A DNA stretch of 64,000 nt from contig CALEAV010000021.1 of assembly GCA_937943575.1 (NCBI GenBank), forward strand, positions 8,120 to 72,119. The letters run 5' to 3'. Below, one piece after another: positions 35,560 through 45,564 of this stretch; the first letter of the stretch is position 1, and every line of letters starts with the position of its first letter. The DNA is from an uncultured bacterium (GTDB lineage Bacteria; Desulfobacterota; Desulfobaccia; Desulfobaccales; 0-14-0-80-60-11). Below the pieces are notes generated by a model. That model was not told the DNA's origin and did not search any database. It was given only the letters and a program-made list of their open reading frames with translations. The translations under genes and the position numbers were made by a program.

Positions 35560-38259
35560 ATGCACATGCCACCTGCCGATCCCACGCCGCCCATGCCCGC
35601 CCCGGCGGAGGGCAGGCCCCGGGGCTGGGCCGGGCGCCTGGTGCAGCACCTCACCGCCTGGCTCGCCGGGCAGGAGTACCATTACGCCGGCTACCTCCCC
35701 AGCCGCCCCGGCTGGCTCCTGCGCTTCACCCTGGATCCCTTCTTCGCCCGGGTGACCATCAACCCCCGCTACCAGGAGCGCCTCCAGGCCCTGGCCCGGG
35801 AGGGGGCGGTGGTTTATGCCCTGAAATACCGCAGTCATCTGGACTTTCTCTTTTTCCACCGGCGCTACCACCAGCTGGGGCTGCCCGCCCCGGAGGTGGC
35901 CTTCGACCTCAACCTGTGGATGTGGCAGCCCTTCTCCCACCTGGTCCAGATCATCTCCGCCACCCTCAATTACTTCAGCCGCAAGCGGGCCTGGCCCCGC
36001 CCCTTTCAGGACGGTTATTTCCGCACCATCCTGGATCAACGCCGCGCCTCGCTTCTGTTTCTGGTGGACTCCGTGGGCTTCCGGCAGCGCTTCCTCAAGC
36101 CCCGGGAGGACCCCCTGCGGCATCTGCTGGAGCTGCAGGCGGAGGTGGATTTTCCCATCTTCGTGGTCCCCCAGGTGGTGATGCTGAGCCGGGATCCGGC
36201 CCGGGAGGACAAGGGCCTTCTGGACCTCTTCTTCGGCGACCGGGAGAACCCGGGACGGCTCCGCAAACTGGCCCTGTGCTTCATCAAGGCCAAAAAGGCC
36301 GTGGTGGAAATGGGCGATCCCATCAACCTGAAAGAGGTCCTGCCCGCCAACCCCGGGGAGGCGCAGCTGAGCCAGGTGGCCCAGGAGCTGAGACGGGAGC
36401 TCATTGCCCGCATCGACCTGAAAAAACGGGTGGTCATGGGGCCGGTGATCAAATCCCGGGAGGAATTCCTGGAGCTCACCCTCACCGATCCCGGCCTCAC
36501 CCAGTTCATGGAGCACTTGGCGGAGACGGAGAAGAAGAAGCTCTCCAAAGTGAAGAAGACGGCCCAGGATTATTTCTGGGAGATTTCCTCGGATACCAAC
36601 GCCCTCCTCATGGGCCTCATGGACCGGGCCGTCACCTGGCTCACCCAGAACCTGTTCACCGGGGTGGTCTTTGATGAGGAGGGCTTCGAGCCGGTGCGGC
36701 GGGCCCGGGAGCAGGGCAATCTGGTCTTTGTGCCCTGCCATAAGAGCCACCTGGATTATCTGCTCCTCAACCACCAGATCTATCACCATCATGTGGCCAC
36801 GCCTCGCATCGCCGCCGGGAAAAATCTGGCCTTCTGGCCCATGTCCTGGATCTTCCGCAACTCCGGGGCCTTCTTCATCCGGCGGCGCTTCCACGGGGCC
36901 AAGCTCTACGCCGAGGTCCTCTATACCTACATCAAGGCCCTGGTGAAGACCGGCCACAATCTGGAGTTTTTTATTGAAGGGGGGCGCTCCCGCACCGGCA
37001 AGCTGGTCCTCCCCAAGATGGGCCTGATGAACATGGTGATCCGCACCTTCAGGGAGGGGGCCGCCCCGGACCTTATCCTGGTGCCCACCTTCATCGGCTA
37101 TGACCAGGTCCTGGAGGAGAAGGCCTACCTGCAGGAACTGGAGGGCAAGGCCAAGGAGGCGGAGTCGGTGGGACAGCTGGTGAAGGCCCGCAAGTTCCTC
37201 AAGCGGCGCTACGGCCGGGCCTACATCCAGTTCAGCGCCCCCATCTCCCTGAAGGCCTACCTGGCGGAGCACCCGGAGGTGGATCTCGCCAACGGGGAGG
37301 CCCTTCGGCGACTGGGCCTGGAGCTCTCCTTCCGCATCGTCCAGGCCATCAACCGGGTGTCGGTGGTCACCCCCTTCTCCCTGGTGTGCGCCGCCCTCCT
37401 CACCTACCCCCGCAAAGGCGTCTACCGGCGGGAGCTCCACCGCATCATCCAGACCCTGCACCATTACCTCAAGGCCAAAGGCGTGCGCCGGGCCGATTCC
37501 CTGGACAATCTGCCCCAGGCGGTGGAGGAGACCCTGGCCCTGTGCGAATCCCGCAAGCTCATCACCCGCATCGAGCAGGAGGAGGGCCTCACCGACGAAC
37601 TGGGGCTGGGGGGCTACAGCATCGACGAAACCAAGCGGCCCCTCCTGGAATACTATAAGAACAACATCATCCACTTCTTCCTGCCCGCCTCCATGGCCGC
37701 CCTCTCCATTCTCTCCGGGCAGGGGGTGGACTTCGACCGCCGCCAGGTGGTGGAGGATCTGCGCTTCCTGCAGGACCTCTTCAAATATGAGTTCATCTAC
37801 GAGGAGCTGGATGCGGAGCGCCAGGTGGAGGGGGTGCTGGACTACTTCACCGCCCGGGAGGTGGTGGTGCCCCTGGACGCCGACGGCCGGCGCTATGCCC
37901 TGTCCGCCGCGGGCCTGCGGGAGCTGGCCTACTTCGCCAACCTGCTTTACAACTACCTGGAATCCTACTGGATCGTCTTCCGCTCCATCAAATACCTGCA
38001 GAAAAAGCCCCGGAGCGAAAAGGAATTCCTGAAGCGCATCTTCAATATCGGCCAGAAGCTCTACAAGCTGGGGGAGGTGGAGCGCTCCGAGGCCATCTCC
38101 GAGGCCAACTTTCAGAACGCCCTCAAGCTTTTCGGGGAAAAGGGGATCGTCACCAAGAGGCGGCCGGAAGGCAAAGGGGCCGCCACCTTCAGCCCTCCCA
38201 GCGACGAGGACGCCAAGGACTTCTACGGCCGGCAGCTGGCCCGGTTCTTCCGCCGCTAG
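35560..38259 (+). CDS. plsB: Glycerol-3-phosphate acyltransferase PlsB
   Basis: ORF 35404..38259. The start is placed at the first ATG after the low-complexity leader (35560); 35566 and 35593 are alternatives. Contains VFVPCHKSHLDYLLLN (HX4D), FFIRRRF and FFIEGGRSRTGKLVLPK. Collinear with E. coli PlsB, including the N-terminal VVYALKYRSHLD region. Confidence 0.9.
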   Translation: MHMPPADPTPPMPAPAEGRPRGWAGRLVQHLTAWLAGQEYHYAGYLPSRPGWLLRFTLDPFFARVTINPRYQERLQALAREGAVVYALKYRSHLDFLFFHRRYHQLGLPAPEVAFDLNLWMWQPFSHLVQIISATLNYFSRKRAWPRPFQDGYFRTILDQRRASLLFLVDSVGFRQRFLKPREDPLRHLLELQAEVDFPIFVVPQVVMLSRDPAREDKGLLDLFFGDRENPGRLRKLALCFIKAKKAVVEMGDPINLKEVLPANPGEAQLSQVAQELRRELIARIDLKKRVVMGPVIKSREEFLELTLTDPGLTQFMEHLAETEKKKLSKVKKTAQDYFWEISSDTNALLMGLMDRAVTWLTQNLFTGVVFDEEGFEPVRRAREQGNLVFVPCHKSHLDYLLLNHQIYHHHVATPRIAAGKNLAFWPMSWIFRNSGAFFIRRRFHGAKLYAEVLYTYIKALVKTGHNLEFFIEGGRSRTGKLVLPKMGLMNMVIRTFREGAAPDLILVPTFIGYDQVLEEKAYLQELEGKAKEAESVGQLVKARKFLKRRYGRAYIQFSAPISLKAYLAEHPEVDLANGEALRRLGLELSFRIVQAINRVSVVTPFSLVCAALLTYPRKGVYRRELHRIIQTLHHYLKAKGVRRADSLDNLPQAVEETLALCESRKLITRIEQEEGLTDELGLGGYSIDETKRPLLEYYKNNIIHFFLPASMAALSILSGQGVDFDRRQVVEDLRFLQDLFKYEFIYEELDAERQVEGVLDYFTAREVVVPLDADGRRYALSAAGLRELAYFANLLYNYLESYWIVFRSIKYLQKKPRSEKEFLKRIFNIGQKLYKLGEVERSEAISEANFQNALKLFGEKGIVTKRRPEGKGAATFSPPSDEDAKDFYGRQLARFFRR

Positions 38260-38296
38260 CGGTGAGGGGGGCCCGAAGGGACGGTGGCCCGCCCTG

Positions 38297-38345
38297 CCCG
38301 CACCCTCCCCTGCCAATCCCCGATGCGGTAGGGGAGGGGAGGGGC
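38297..38345. repeat. Copy of the CCCGCCCTCC(C)CTCCAAYC...GGGGAG repeat core
   Basis: cccgcaccctcccctgccaatccccgatgcggtaggggaggggagggg, in the plsB/hypD convergent intergenic region. Confidence 0.6.
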
Positions 38346-38536
38346 CGCTGCTCCGTTGAGGCCCGGCCGGGTTGACAGCCTGCGGGAGACGGGGGCATGG
38401 CCTCCCCCGCGCAGAACCTGCAGGTCCTCCCGCACCGCCAGGGCGCCCGGGGCAACCCCGTGGCCACCGCTCCCCGGCCCCCTCCCCCGCCAGGAGCATG
38501 CCGGAGGAAAGCCCCTTCCACCGCAGTGGGAGGTTT

Positions 38537-39631
38537 TTATTGCCAGGGGCCGTACCTGTAGGCTGCGGCGCAGGCTCCCTCCCCGGAGACCATGCAGGGT
38601 CCCTGGGGTTGGGAGGGGGTGCAGGCGGCGGCAAACAGGGGGCACTCCGGCGGCGCCAGACCCCCCCGGAGCACCTCGCCGCAGCGGCAGGCCCGGGGCC
38701 GGGGGGGCGGCACCGCGGCCAGGGTCTCGGCAAAGCGCCGCCGGGCGTCAAAGGCGTAGTAGGCTGGGGTCAGGGCGACGCCGCTTCCGGGAATGAGTCC
38801 CAGCCCCCGCCAGGCGGCGTCCGCCGGGGCAAAGACCTCCTCTAATAAAGCCACCGCCCGAAGGTTGGGCTCCCGCCCCACGGCCCGGGGATAGGCGTTG
38901 GCCACCCCGGCCCGGCCGTCTTTGACCTGCCGGAGCAGCGCCTCCACCCCCAGCAGGATGTCCACCGGCTCAAAGCCGGCCACCGCGCCGGGCAGGCCGA
39001 ATTCCCGGGGGAGAAACTCGAAGGCGGCGGTGCCGGTGATGGTGGAGACATGCCCGGGCAGGAGCAGCCCGGAGACCCCCACCTCCCCGGAGGCCAGCAG
39101 CGCCCGCAGGGCCGGGGGCATGGTCTTGTGCACGCAAAACACGAAGAAATTGGCCAGCCCCGCCGCCCGGGCGCTCTGCAACGCCAGGGCGGTGGCGGGC
39201 ATGGTGGTCTCAAAACCCACGGCGAAAAAAACCACCTGGCGGTCCGGACGCCTTTTGGCCAGCTCCACCGCGTCCAGGGGCGAATACACCACCTGCACCG
39301 CGGCGCCCCGGGCCCTCTCCTGCTCCAGGGAGGTGGAGCTCCCCGGCACCCGCACCATATCCCCGAAGGTGGCCAGGATGACGTCCGGCAGGCGTCCCAG
39401 GGCCAGGAAGGCGTCGATGTCCCGTTGATCGGTGACGCACACCGGACAGCCGGGCCCGGAGACCAGCCGCACCCCCGGCGGCAGGAGCGCCTTGAGGCCG
39501 AAGCGGGCCACCGCCATGGTGTGGGTGCCGCAGACCTCCATGAGGGTCACCGGGCCGACCGCCAGCTCTTTGAGGCGCCGGGCCAGCTCCTCCACCAGAG
39601 CCCGGTCCCGGAAGTCCTCACGGCGTGACAT
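38537..39631 (-). CDS. hypD: [NiFe]-hydrogenase maturation protein HypD
   Basis: 364 aa. Contains VTLMEVCGTHTMAVARFGLKALLP..VRLVSGPGCPVCV (CGxH and GPGCPVC motifs) and a C-terminal ...CRCGEVLRG...CPLF. Confidence 0.95.
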   Translation of the reverse strand: MSRREDFRDRALVEELARRLKELAVGPVTLMEVCGTHTMAVARFGLKALLPPGVRLVSGPGCPVCVTDQRDIDAFLALGRLPDVILATFGDMVRVPGSSTSLEQERARGAAVQVVYSPLDAVELAKRRPDRQVVFFAVGFETTMPATALALQSARAAGLANFFVFCVHKTMPPALRALLASGEVGVSGLLLPGHVSTITGTAAFEFLPREFGLPGAVAGFEPVDILLGVEALLRQVKDGRAGVANAYPRAVGREPNLRAVALLEEVFAPADAAWRGLGLIPGSGVALTPAYYAFDARRRFAETLAAVPPPRPRACRCGEVLRGGLAPPECPLFAAACTPSQPQGPCMVSGEGACAAAYRYGPWQ

Positions 39632-39839
39632 CGGCCAGCTGCCTCAGGAGGTCCAGGGTTTCCCGGGCCGCCTCCGCATCCACCGTGGCGATGGCCAAGC
39701 CGGCGTGCACCAGGATGAAGTCCCCCACCCGGGCCTCCGGGAGGAGGTCCAGCCGGGCCTGGCGGCGCACGCCGTCCACCTCGGCCACCGCCACCGGCCC
39801 GTCAATCTCCACGATCTGCATGGGAATCGCCAGACACAT
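39618..39839 (-). CDS. hypC: [NiFe]-hydrogenase maturation chaperone HypC
   Basis: ORF trimmed to ATG 39839. The 73-aa product MCLAIPMQIVEIDGPVAVAEVDGVRRQARLDLL...GDFILVHAGLAI carries the N-terminal MCLAIP signature. Overlaps the hypD start by 14 nt. Confidence 0.93.
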   Translation of the reverse strand: MCLAIPMQIVEIDGPVAVAEVDGVRRQARLDLLPEARVGDFILVHAGLAIATVDAEAARETLDLLRQLADVTP

Positions 39840-39909
39840 CGTCAGTTTTTCTCCCCAAAAGGCTGCCGGCGCCGCCGGGCCTCTGCCTTTGGGCCGACCC
39901 TCTCCCGGG

Positions 39910-42216
39910 TCATTCCCTTCTAAGCCGCGCCGCGGCGACCGCCACCTGCCCCAGGGAGATGCCGCCGTCGTTGGGCGGCACCAGGCGGTGGGTGAGCACC
40001 TCAAACCCGGCCGCCTCCAGGCGGGTGGTCAGGTGGTGAAGCAGGCGGGCGTTTTGGAACACGCCTCCGGAGAGAGCCACCCGATTGAGGCGGGTGCGCT
40101 CCCGGGCCCATAAAAGGGCATCGGCCAGCCCGACGCCAAAGGAGGCCAGAAACCGGCCGGCCACCCGGGCCGCCGGCGTACCTCCCAGAAAATCCGCCAC
40201 CGCCGCCCGCAACAGGGCCGGGCCGTCCATGACCAGTTTCTCCCCGGCCACCTGCATCGGGAAGGGATAGGCGGGCTCTTCCCCTGCCGCCGCAGCCATC
40301 TCCAGGGCGATGGCCGGCTGGCCTTCATAGGTGCGCACCCGGCAGATCCCCAAGGCCGCGGCCACGGCGTCGAACAGCCGGCCGGCGCTGGAGGTGAGGG
40401 GGGACTGCCAGCCGGTGGCCAGCTGCCGCTCCAGGAGGCGGCGCTCCAGGGGGTCGAAAGACAGCCCGAGCGCCCCCCGCACCTGGTCCCAATGCTCCCC
40501 AAAGGCCGCGTGGAGATAGGCCGCGGCCATGCGGCCGGGCCGGCGGATAGCCGCCTCCCCCCCGGGGAGGCGCACCCCGGCCAGGTGTCCCAGGCGGATG
40601 AAGGAGGCCAGATCAGCCGCCAGGAGCTCCCCGCCCCAGACGGTGCCGTCGGTGCCGAAACCGGTGCCGTCCAGGGCCAGACCCAGGGCCGGGCCGGTGA
40701 CGCCATGTTCCGCCAGGCAGGCGGCGATGTGGGCGTGATGGTGCTGCACTCCCACGAGCTGCACCCCGGCCTGCTCCCGGGCGTAGCGGGTGCTCAGGTA
40801 ATCCGGGTGCAGGTCGTGGGCCACCACCTGCACCCGGCGGCGGGTCAGGGCCGCCAGGTGGCGCACCGCCCGGCAGAAGTAGTCATAGGTCTCCAGGCTG
40901 TCCAGGTCGCCGAGGTGCTGACTGAGGAGGGCCTTGTCCCCCCAGGCCAGACAGAAGGTGCTCTTCTGTTCGGCCCCCACCCCCAAAATATCCTGGGCCG
41001 CGGCCACCGGCAGGGCCACCGGCTGGGGCACATAGCCCCGGGCCCGGCGCAGGGGGATCGCCCCGCCGGGAAGGGCCCGGACCACCGAATCGTCGCAGGG
41101 CACGGCAATCTCCCGGTCGTGGAAGAGGAAGGCGTCGGCCAGGGGGCCCAGCTTCACCCGGGCTTCCTCGTTATCGGACACCAGGGGCTCCTCGCTCAGG
41201 TTGCCGCTGGTCATCACCAGCGCCGGCGGCGCCGCCTCCATGAGCAGCAGGTGCAGGGGGGTGTAGGGCACAAGCAGGCCCACCAGACGGTGGCCCGGGG
41301 CCACCTCCGGGGGCAGGCCGGCGTCCTCCCGGGCCGGCGCCAGCACGATGGGGCGGGCGGGGGACAGGAGGAGGGCCTCCGCCGCCTCATCCAGGCAGGC
41401 CAGGCGCCGGGCCTCCGCCAGGTCACGCACCATAACCGCAAAGGGCTTGTCCTTGCGGCCTTTGCGCTCCCTCAGGCGCTTGACCGCCTCAGGGTTTCTG
41501 GCATCACAGGCCAGGTGAAATCCCCCCAGCCCCTTGACGGCCACGATCTGACCGGCCTTCAGGAGCTCTGCGGCCACCCGCACCGCCTCCCCCGGCAACT
41601 CCCGCCCCTCCATTTCCACCCAGGCCCGGGGGCCGCAGACCGGACAGGCGGTGGGCTCGGCATGGAAGCGCCGGTCACCGGGGTCCTCGTATTCCCGGCG
41701 GCAGTCCGGGCACATGGCAAAGGCGGCCATGGTGGTCTCCTGCCGGTCATAGGGGACCTGCCGGATGATGGTGAAGCGGGGGCCGCAATGGGTGCAGTTG
41801 GTGAAGGGATAGCGAAAGCGCCGGTCCGCCGGGTCCAGGACCTCCCGGGCACAGTCGGCGCACAGGCCCGCATCCGGCGGGATGACGGGTTCGGTGGCCC
41901 CCGCCCCCTCACTCTCCCGGATGACAAAGGCCCGGTCCCCCTCCGCGGCCACCTCCATCTGGCGGACGGCCTCCAGCCGGGCCAGGGCCGGGGGCTCCGC
42001 AAGGAGGCGGGCCGTAAAAACCTCCACCGCCGCCGGCTCGCCCTCCACCTCCAGCTCCACCCCCCGGGAGGTGTTGCGCACCCAGCCGGTGAGGCAGCCC
42101 TCCCGGGCCAGCCGGTAGACGAAGGGGCGGAAGCCCACCCCCTGCACCACCCCGGTGATCTCCAGGCGCCGGCGCACCCGGGGAACACCGGCCTGGGGGA
42201 GGGGATTTCCTGTCAT
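39910..42216 (-). CDS. hypF: Carbamoyltransferase HypF
   Basis: 768 aa. Acylphosphatase domain ITGVVQGVGFRPFVYRLA. Two Zn-finger pairs CADCAREV...FTNCTHCGPRFTI and CPDCRREY...CPVCGPR. YrdC-like and Kae1-like C-terminal domains. Confidence 0.95.
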   Translation of the reverse strand: MTGNPLPQAGVPRVRRRLEITGVVQGVGFRPFVYRLAREGCLTGWVRNTSRGVELEVEGEPAAVEVFTARLLAEPPALARLEAVRQMEVAAEGDRAFVIRESEGAGATEPVIPPDAGLCADCAREVLDPADRRFRYPFTNCTHCGPRFTIIRQVPYDRQETTMAAFAMCPDCRREYEDPGDRRFHAEPTACPVCGPRAWVEMEGRELPGEAVRVAAELLKAGQIVAVKGLGGFHLACDARNPEAVKRLRERKGRKDKPFAVMVRDLAEARRLACLDEAAEALLLSPARPIVLAPAREDAGLPPEVAPGHRLVGLLVPYTPLHLLLMEAAPPALVMTSGNLSEEPLVSDNEEARVKLGPLADAFLFHDREIAVPCDDSVVRALPGGAIPLRRARGYVPQPVALPVAAAQDILGVGAEQKSTFCLAWGDKALLSQHLGDLDSLETYDYFCRAVRHLAALTRRRVQVVAHDLHPDYLSTRYAREQAGVQLVGVQHHHAHIAACLAEHGVTGPALGLALDGTGFGTDGTVWGGELLAADLASFIRLGHLAGVRLPGGEAAIRRPGRMAAAYLHAAFGEHWDQVRGALGLSFDPLERRLLERQLATGWQSPLTSSAGRLFDAVAAALGICRVRTYEGQPAIALEMAAAAGEEPAYPFPMQVAGEKLVMDGPALLRAAVADFLGGTPAARVAGRFLASFGVGLADALLWARERTRLNRVALSGGVFQNARLLHHLTTRLEAAGFEVLTHRLVPPNDGGISLGQVAVAAARLRRE

Positions 42217-42425
42217 CTGAGCGCCTTCCCAGTCAAGATGGACCGCCGTCCACGATTATCGGCCGCAAAGGGAGCAGTATCCGGCCCCCGTCCGGGGGCG
42301 GGGCCGAAGGCAGGGCGCTCTCCCGCGGTTGAGAACCCGTGTTTTTCATTATACAGTTTATCTTTGGAGAGGGCTTTATCTGTAAAAAATTTTGGGGAAA
42401 ACCGCCAAACCTGTCCGAGGTGCGC

Positions 42426-43781
42426 ATGTCCGCCCGCGTCAACCCCCGCCGGGTCCGGCGGCTCAAAGACAGCCATCCGGGCCCGGGGCCGGTGGTCTAC
42501 TGGCTCAGCCGGGACCAGCGGGCCCGGGACAACTGGGCCCTGCTCCACGCCCAGGACCTGGCCCTGGAGGCCGCCCGCCCCCTGGCGGCGGTCTTCTGCC
42601 TGGTGCCCACTTTTTTGGGGGCCGCCCTGCGACAATATGCCTTCATGCTCCGGGGGCTGGCCGAGACCGCCCATACCCTGGCCCAGCATCACATTCCGCT
42701 GCTCCTGGTCCAGGGCCGCCCGGAGGAGGAGATCCCCCGCCTGCTCACCGCCCTGCGGGCCCGGGTCCTGGTGACCGACTTTGACCCCCTGAGGATCAAG
42801 CGGGAGTGGAAGGCGGGTGTGCTGGCCCAAGTGGAGCTGCCGGTCCTGGAGGTGGATGCGCACAACATCATCCCCTGCTGGCTGGCCTCCCCCAAACAGG
42901 AGTGGGCCGCCTACTCCTTCCGGCCCAAGGTGCGCCGGGCCCTCCCGGAATTCCTTACGGACTTCCCGGAACTCCTCCCCCATCCCCATCGCCTCGGCCC
43001 CCCCGACCCCTGGCCGCCGGTGGAGGACCTGCTCAGAAGCCTGCCGGTGGACCGCAGCGTGGCGGAAGTGCCCAAGCCCCTCCCCGGGGAGGCGGCCGCC
43101 GGACAGGCCCTCACGGAGTTCATCGCCCGGCGCCTGAGCCGCTATCCCCAGGACCGCAATGACCCCGGCAAAAACGGCCAATCCGGCCTCTCGCCGTATC
43201 TGCATTTCGGGCAGCTGGCGCCTCAGCGGGCGGCCTGGGAGGTCTTCCGGGCCGAGGCCCCCCCGGAGGCCAGGGAGGCCTTTCTGGAGGAGCTCATCGT
43301 GCGCCGGGAGCTGTCGGACAATTTCTGCTACTACCAGCCCCGCTACGATGAGGTGGCGGGCTTCCCGGACTGGGCCAGAAAAACCCTGGACGAGCACCGC
43401 TCCGATCCCCGGGAGTATCTCTATTCCCTGGAGGAGCTGGAGGCGGCCCGCACCCATGATGAGCTGTGGAACGCCGCTCAGCGGGAGATGGTGCTTACCG
43501 GCAGGATGCACGGCTACCTGCGGATGTATTGGGCCAAGAAGATCCTGGAGTGGAGCCCGGACCCGGAAACGGCTCTCCGCACCGCCACTTATCTCAATGA
43601 CCGCTACGAGCTGGACGGCCGGGACCCCAACGGCTATGTGGGCATCGCCTGGAGTCTGGGCGGCGTCCACGACCGGGCCTTTGCCGAGCGCCCTATCTTT
43701 GGCAAGATCCGCTACATGAGCCGCCAGAGTCTGGCCCGGAAATTCGATCTCCGGGATTATCTCCTCAGATTTGCCTCATAA
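42426..43781 (+). CDS. phr: Class II CPD deoxyribodipyrimidine photolyase
   Basis: ORF 42339..43781 trimmed to ATG 42426. Contains PVVYWLSRDQRARDNWALL...VTDFDPLRIKREW...LEVDAHNIIPCW...LSPYLHFGQL...MHGYLRMYWAKKILEWS...LNDRYELDGRDPNGYVGIAWS.GGVHDRAF...GKIRYM. Collinear with archaeal/bacterial class II photolyases. Confidence 0.92.
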   Translation: MSARVNPRRVRRLKDSHPGPGPVVYWLSRDQRARDNWALLHAQDLALEAARPLAAVFCLVPTFLGAALRQYAFMLRGLAETAHTLAQHHIPLLLVQGRPEEEIPRLLTALRARVLVTDFDPLRIKREWKAGVLAQVELPVLEVDAHNIIPCWLASPKQEWAAYSFRPKVRRALPEFLTDFPELLPHPHRLGPPDPWPPVEDLLRSLPVDRSVAEVPKPLPGEAAAGQALTEFIARRLSRYPQDRNDPGKNGQSGLSPYLHFGQLAPQRAAWEVFRAEAPPEAREAFLEELIVRRELSDNFCYYQPRYDEVAGFPDWARKTLDEHRSDPREYLYSLEELEAARTHDELWNAAQREMVLTGRMHGYLRMYWAKKILEWSPDPETALRTATYLNDRYELDGRDPNGYVGIAWSLGGVHDRAFAERPIFGKIRYMSRQSLARKFDLRDYLLRFAS

Positions 43782-43853
43782 AAAAGCCCCGCCTCTCCCC
43801 GGAGGGGCGGCGGGACGACGGGGCGGGCCGGGGCTGCCGCCGGGCAAAGCCGC

Positions 43854-44468
43854 CTACGCCTTGGGCGGCCGCATCTGGGCGATGTCCAGGGCGTGCCGGG
43901 CAATGGTGCGGGCCCGGTCCAGGATGGCCAGAAAGATGGGCGCCGCCTGCGGCAGGCACAGGCCCTCCACCAGCCGGGCCTCATGCTCGGTGGCGAAATC
44001 GTTGCAGTGCTGGGAGAGCTGGTGGCTCTCCTCCACCACATAGCGCTTCAGGACTTCGTTGCCGGTTTTGAGGGTATCCAACAGGGAACGCAGGATGCCG
44101 GACAGCCGGTCGAAGATCTGATTGGTCTGGGCCACCCCCTTGTCGGAAAACAGGATGCCCTCGGAGATCTTCTTCTGCAGGGGCCCGGTCAGGCCCGCCA
44201 GGTTGTCGGCGATGATCTGCACGTGCGCCAGGATGCTCTGGCGCTGGACGATCCGGGTCCGCTCCTCCGGGGAGCTGCCGGGTCCGGCAGCGGCCAGCCC
44301 CTGGAGGGCGCGGCTGATCTCGGCGCCGGCTTTCTCCGCCAAGGCTTTGAGGGTTTCCAGATCCGGCCGGCTGTGCCGGTTGAAGGCATTCCGGGCGGCG
44401 GCCACCATTCCTTCCAGGTGACAGAAGATAGGGCCGAAGAGATCACGGCCTGCGGTCGATTCCACCAT
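43854..44468 (-). CDS. Helical protein of unknown function (possibly PhoU-like fold)
   Basis: ORF 43854..44543(-) trimmed to ATG 44468, preceded by AAAGGAGG with 6-nt spacing. 204 aa, all-helical, balanced composition. The PhoU-like assignment is only an impression from the repeat-helix pattern. Confidence 0.6.
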   Translation of the reverse strand: MVESTAGRDLFGPIFCHLEGMVAAARNAFNRHSRPDLETLKALAEKAGAEISRALQGLAAAGPGSSPEERTRIVQRQSILAHVQIIADNLAGLTGPLQKKISEGILFSDKGVAQTNQIFDRLSGILRSLLDTLKTGNEVLKRYVVEESHQLSQHCNDFATEHEARLVEGLCLPQAAPIFLAILDRARTIARHALDIAQMRPPKA

Positions 44469-44685
44469 AACCCGCCTCCTTTCCGCAACCAGTTGTGACC
44501 GGGGCCTGTCAGTTCTCCACCCTGAGGTCAGGACGTGGCTCAATCCCTGCCATTCCTCAGCCCGGGGATGGCAAAGGGACCTCCTCCCCTTGCCTTCCTG
44601 AGCAGTTTCTCAAAAAATGTGGCCGCCTGCGGCCCGATGCAAGGGGCCTGGCCCGATGCCGCCGGCAGGGGTCAAATTTTTTCTC

Positions 44686-45564
44686 CTAAAATTTCACCCG
44701 CTGAAACCGTTCCGCCCGGACTCTGTCCTTGGGGCCCGGAGCAGTCTCCCGGGAGACGGACCTGACCCGGGCCAGGCGCTCGGCGGTGGGAGGATGGGTG
44801 CGGAAGATGCCGCCGCTGCCGCCGCTCATCTTCCCCAGCACCGCCGCCAGGGCCCCGGGCTGATAACCGCTGCGGGTCAGCATGGACACCGCCTCCCGGT
44901 CCGCCGCCTCCTCGGCCTGGCGGCTGTAGCCGGTGACCACCAGGGTGCGGATGACATCCTCCACCGCGCCCTCAAAGAGGTTGAGGACGGCCCCGGCCAC
45001 CCCGCCGCCGTACTGTCGGGCCGCCTCGGCGCCGGCGGTGGTCAGCACCTCGCTCCAGCGGGCCTGGCTGATGGAGCTGACCCCGTCCTTGTGGGCCACG
45101 TGGGCCACCTCGTGGGCCAGCACCGCCGCCAGCTCATCCTCGGTGGCGCACATCCGGAGGAGACCCCGGGTCACCAGGATCAGGCCTCCGGGGCAGGCAA
45201 AGGCGTTGGGCTCCTGGCTGTCCAGGACGGCGAAGTGATAGCCCCGGAAGGTATGGGGCCGGGAGGACTTGCGGGCCACCGTCAGCCCCACCTGGTTGAC
45301 GTACAACGTGGCCTCAGGGTCCCGATACAGGGGGTAGCGGGCCAGCAGCCGGGCCGCCACCGCCCGCCCCAGGTAGTACTCCTCGGCGTCGCTTAAGGGC
45401 CGGGCGGCCTGCATCGCCTTGGTGCCCGTCTTGGTCAGCACCTCCGCCGCCTTCTGGGCCTGGGAGGGCAAAGGCGGGGTGGGAAGGGGCAGGGAGGGGA
45501 CATTGAAGCCCGCCATCAGGGACAGGCCGGCGGCCAGAGTCAGGAGCAGGGCCATCCGGCGCAT
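44686..45564 (-). CDS. M48-family zinc metallopeptidase, secreted
   Basis: 292 aa. Signal peptide MRRMALLLTLAAGLSLMAG. HEVAHVAHKD (HExxH) and EEAADREAV (ExxAD). Start codon abuts the stop of the upstream SH3b gene. Confidence 0.85.
   Translation of the reverse strand: MRRMALLLTLAAGLSLMAGFNVPSLPLPTPPLPSQAQKAAEVLTKTGTKAMQAARPLSDAEEYYLGRAVAARLLARYPLYRDPEATLYVNQVGLTVARKSSRPHTFRGYHFAVLDSQEPNAFACPGGLILVTRGLLRMCATEDELAAVLAHEVAHVAHKDGVSSISQARWSEVLTTAGAEAARQYGGGVAGAVLNLFEGAVEDVIRTLVVTGYSRQAEEAADREAVSMLTRSGYQPGALAAVLGKMSGGSGGIFRTHPPTAERLARVRSVSRETAPGPKDRVRAERFQRVKF

Noticed and set aside
35560-36700. A second, degenerate acyltransferase-like motif (VVYALKYRSHLD) in the N-terminal part of PlsB, considered as a possible tandem domain duplication.
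   Set aside because: E. coli PlsB has the equivalent N-terminal segment (IMYVLPYNSKADLL) at the same relative position, so this is the normal PlsB architecture.
35383-38751. Very long ORFs in the track that lie antisense to the genes I called. Examples: 35383..38751(-) 1122 aa opposite plsB, 48..2123(+) opposite hslU, 24538..26949(+) opposite dnaE, 17092..19602(+) and 19744..21621(+) opposite the TPR exporter, 55042..57243(-) and 59389..61140(-) opposite the dikinase paralogs.
   Set aside because: Their translations are monotonous G/P/R/A/H/Q/L low-complexity strings with no recognisable motifs. The opposite strand in each case encodes a full-length, motif-rich protein. Long stop-free antisense frames are expected in DNA this GC-rich.
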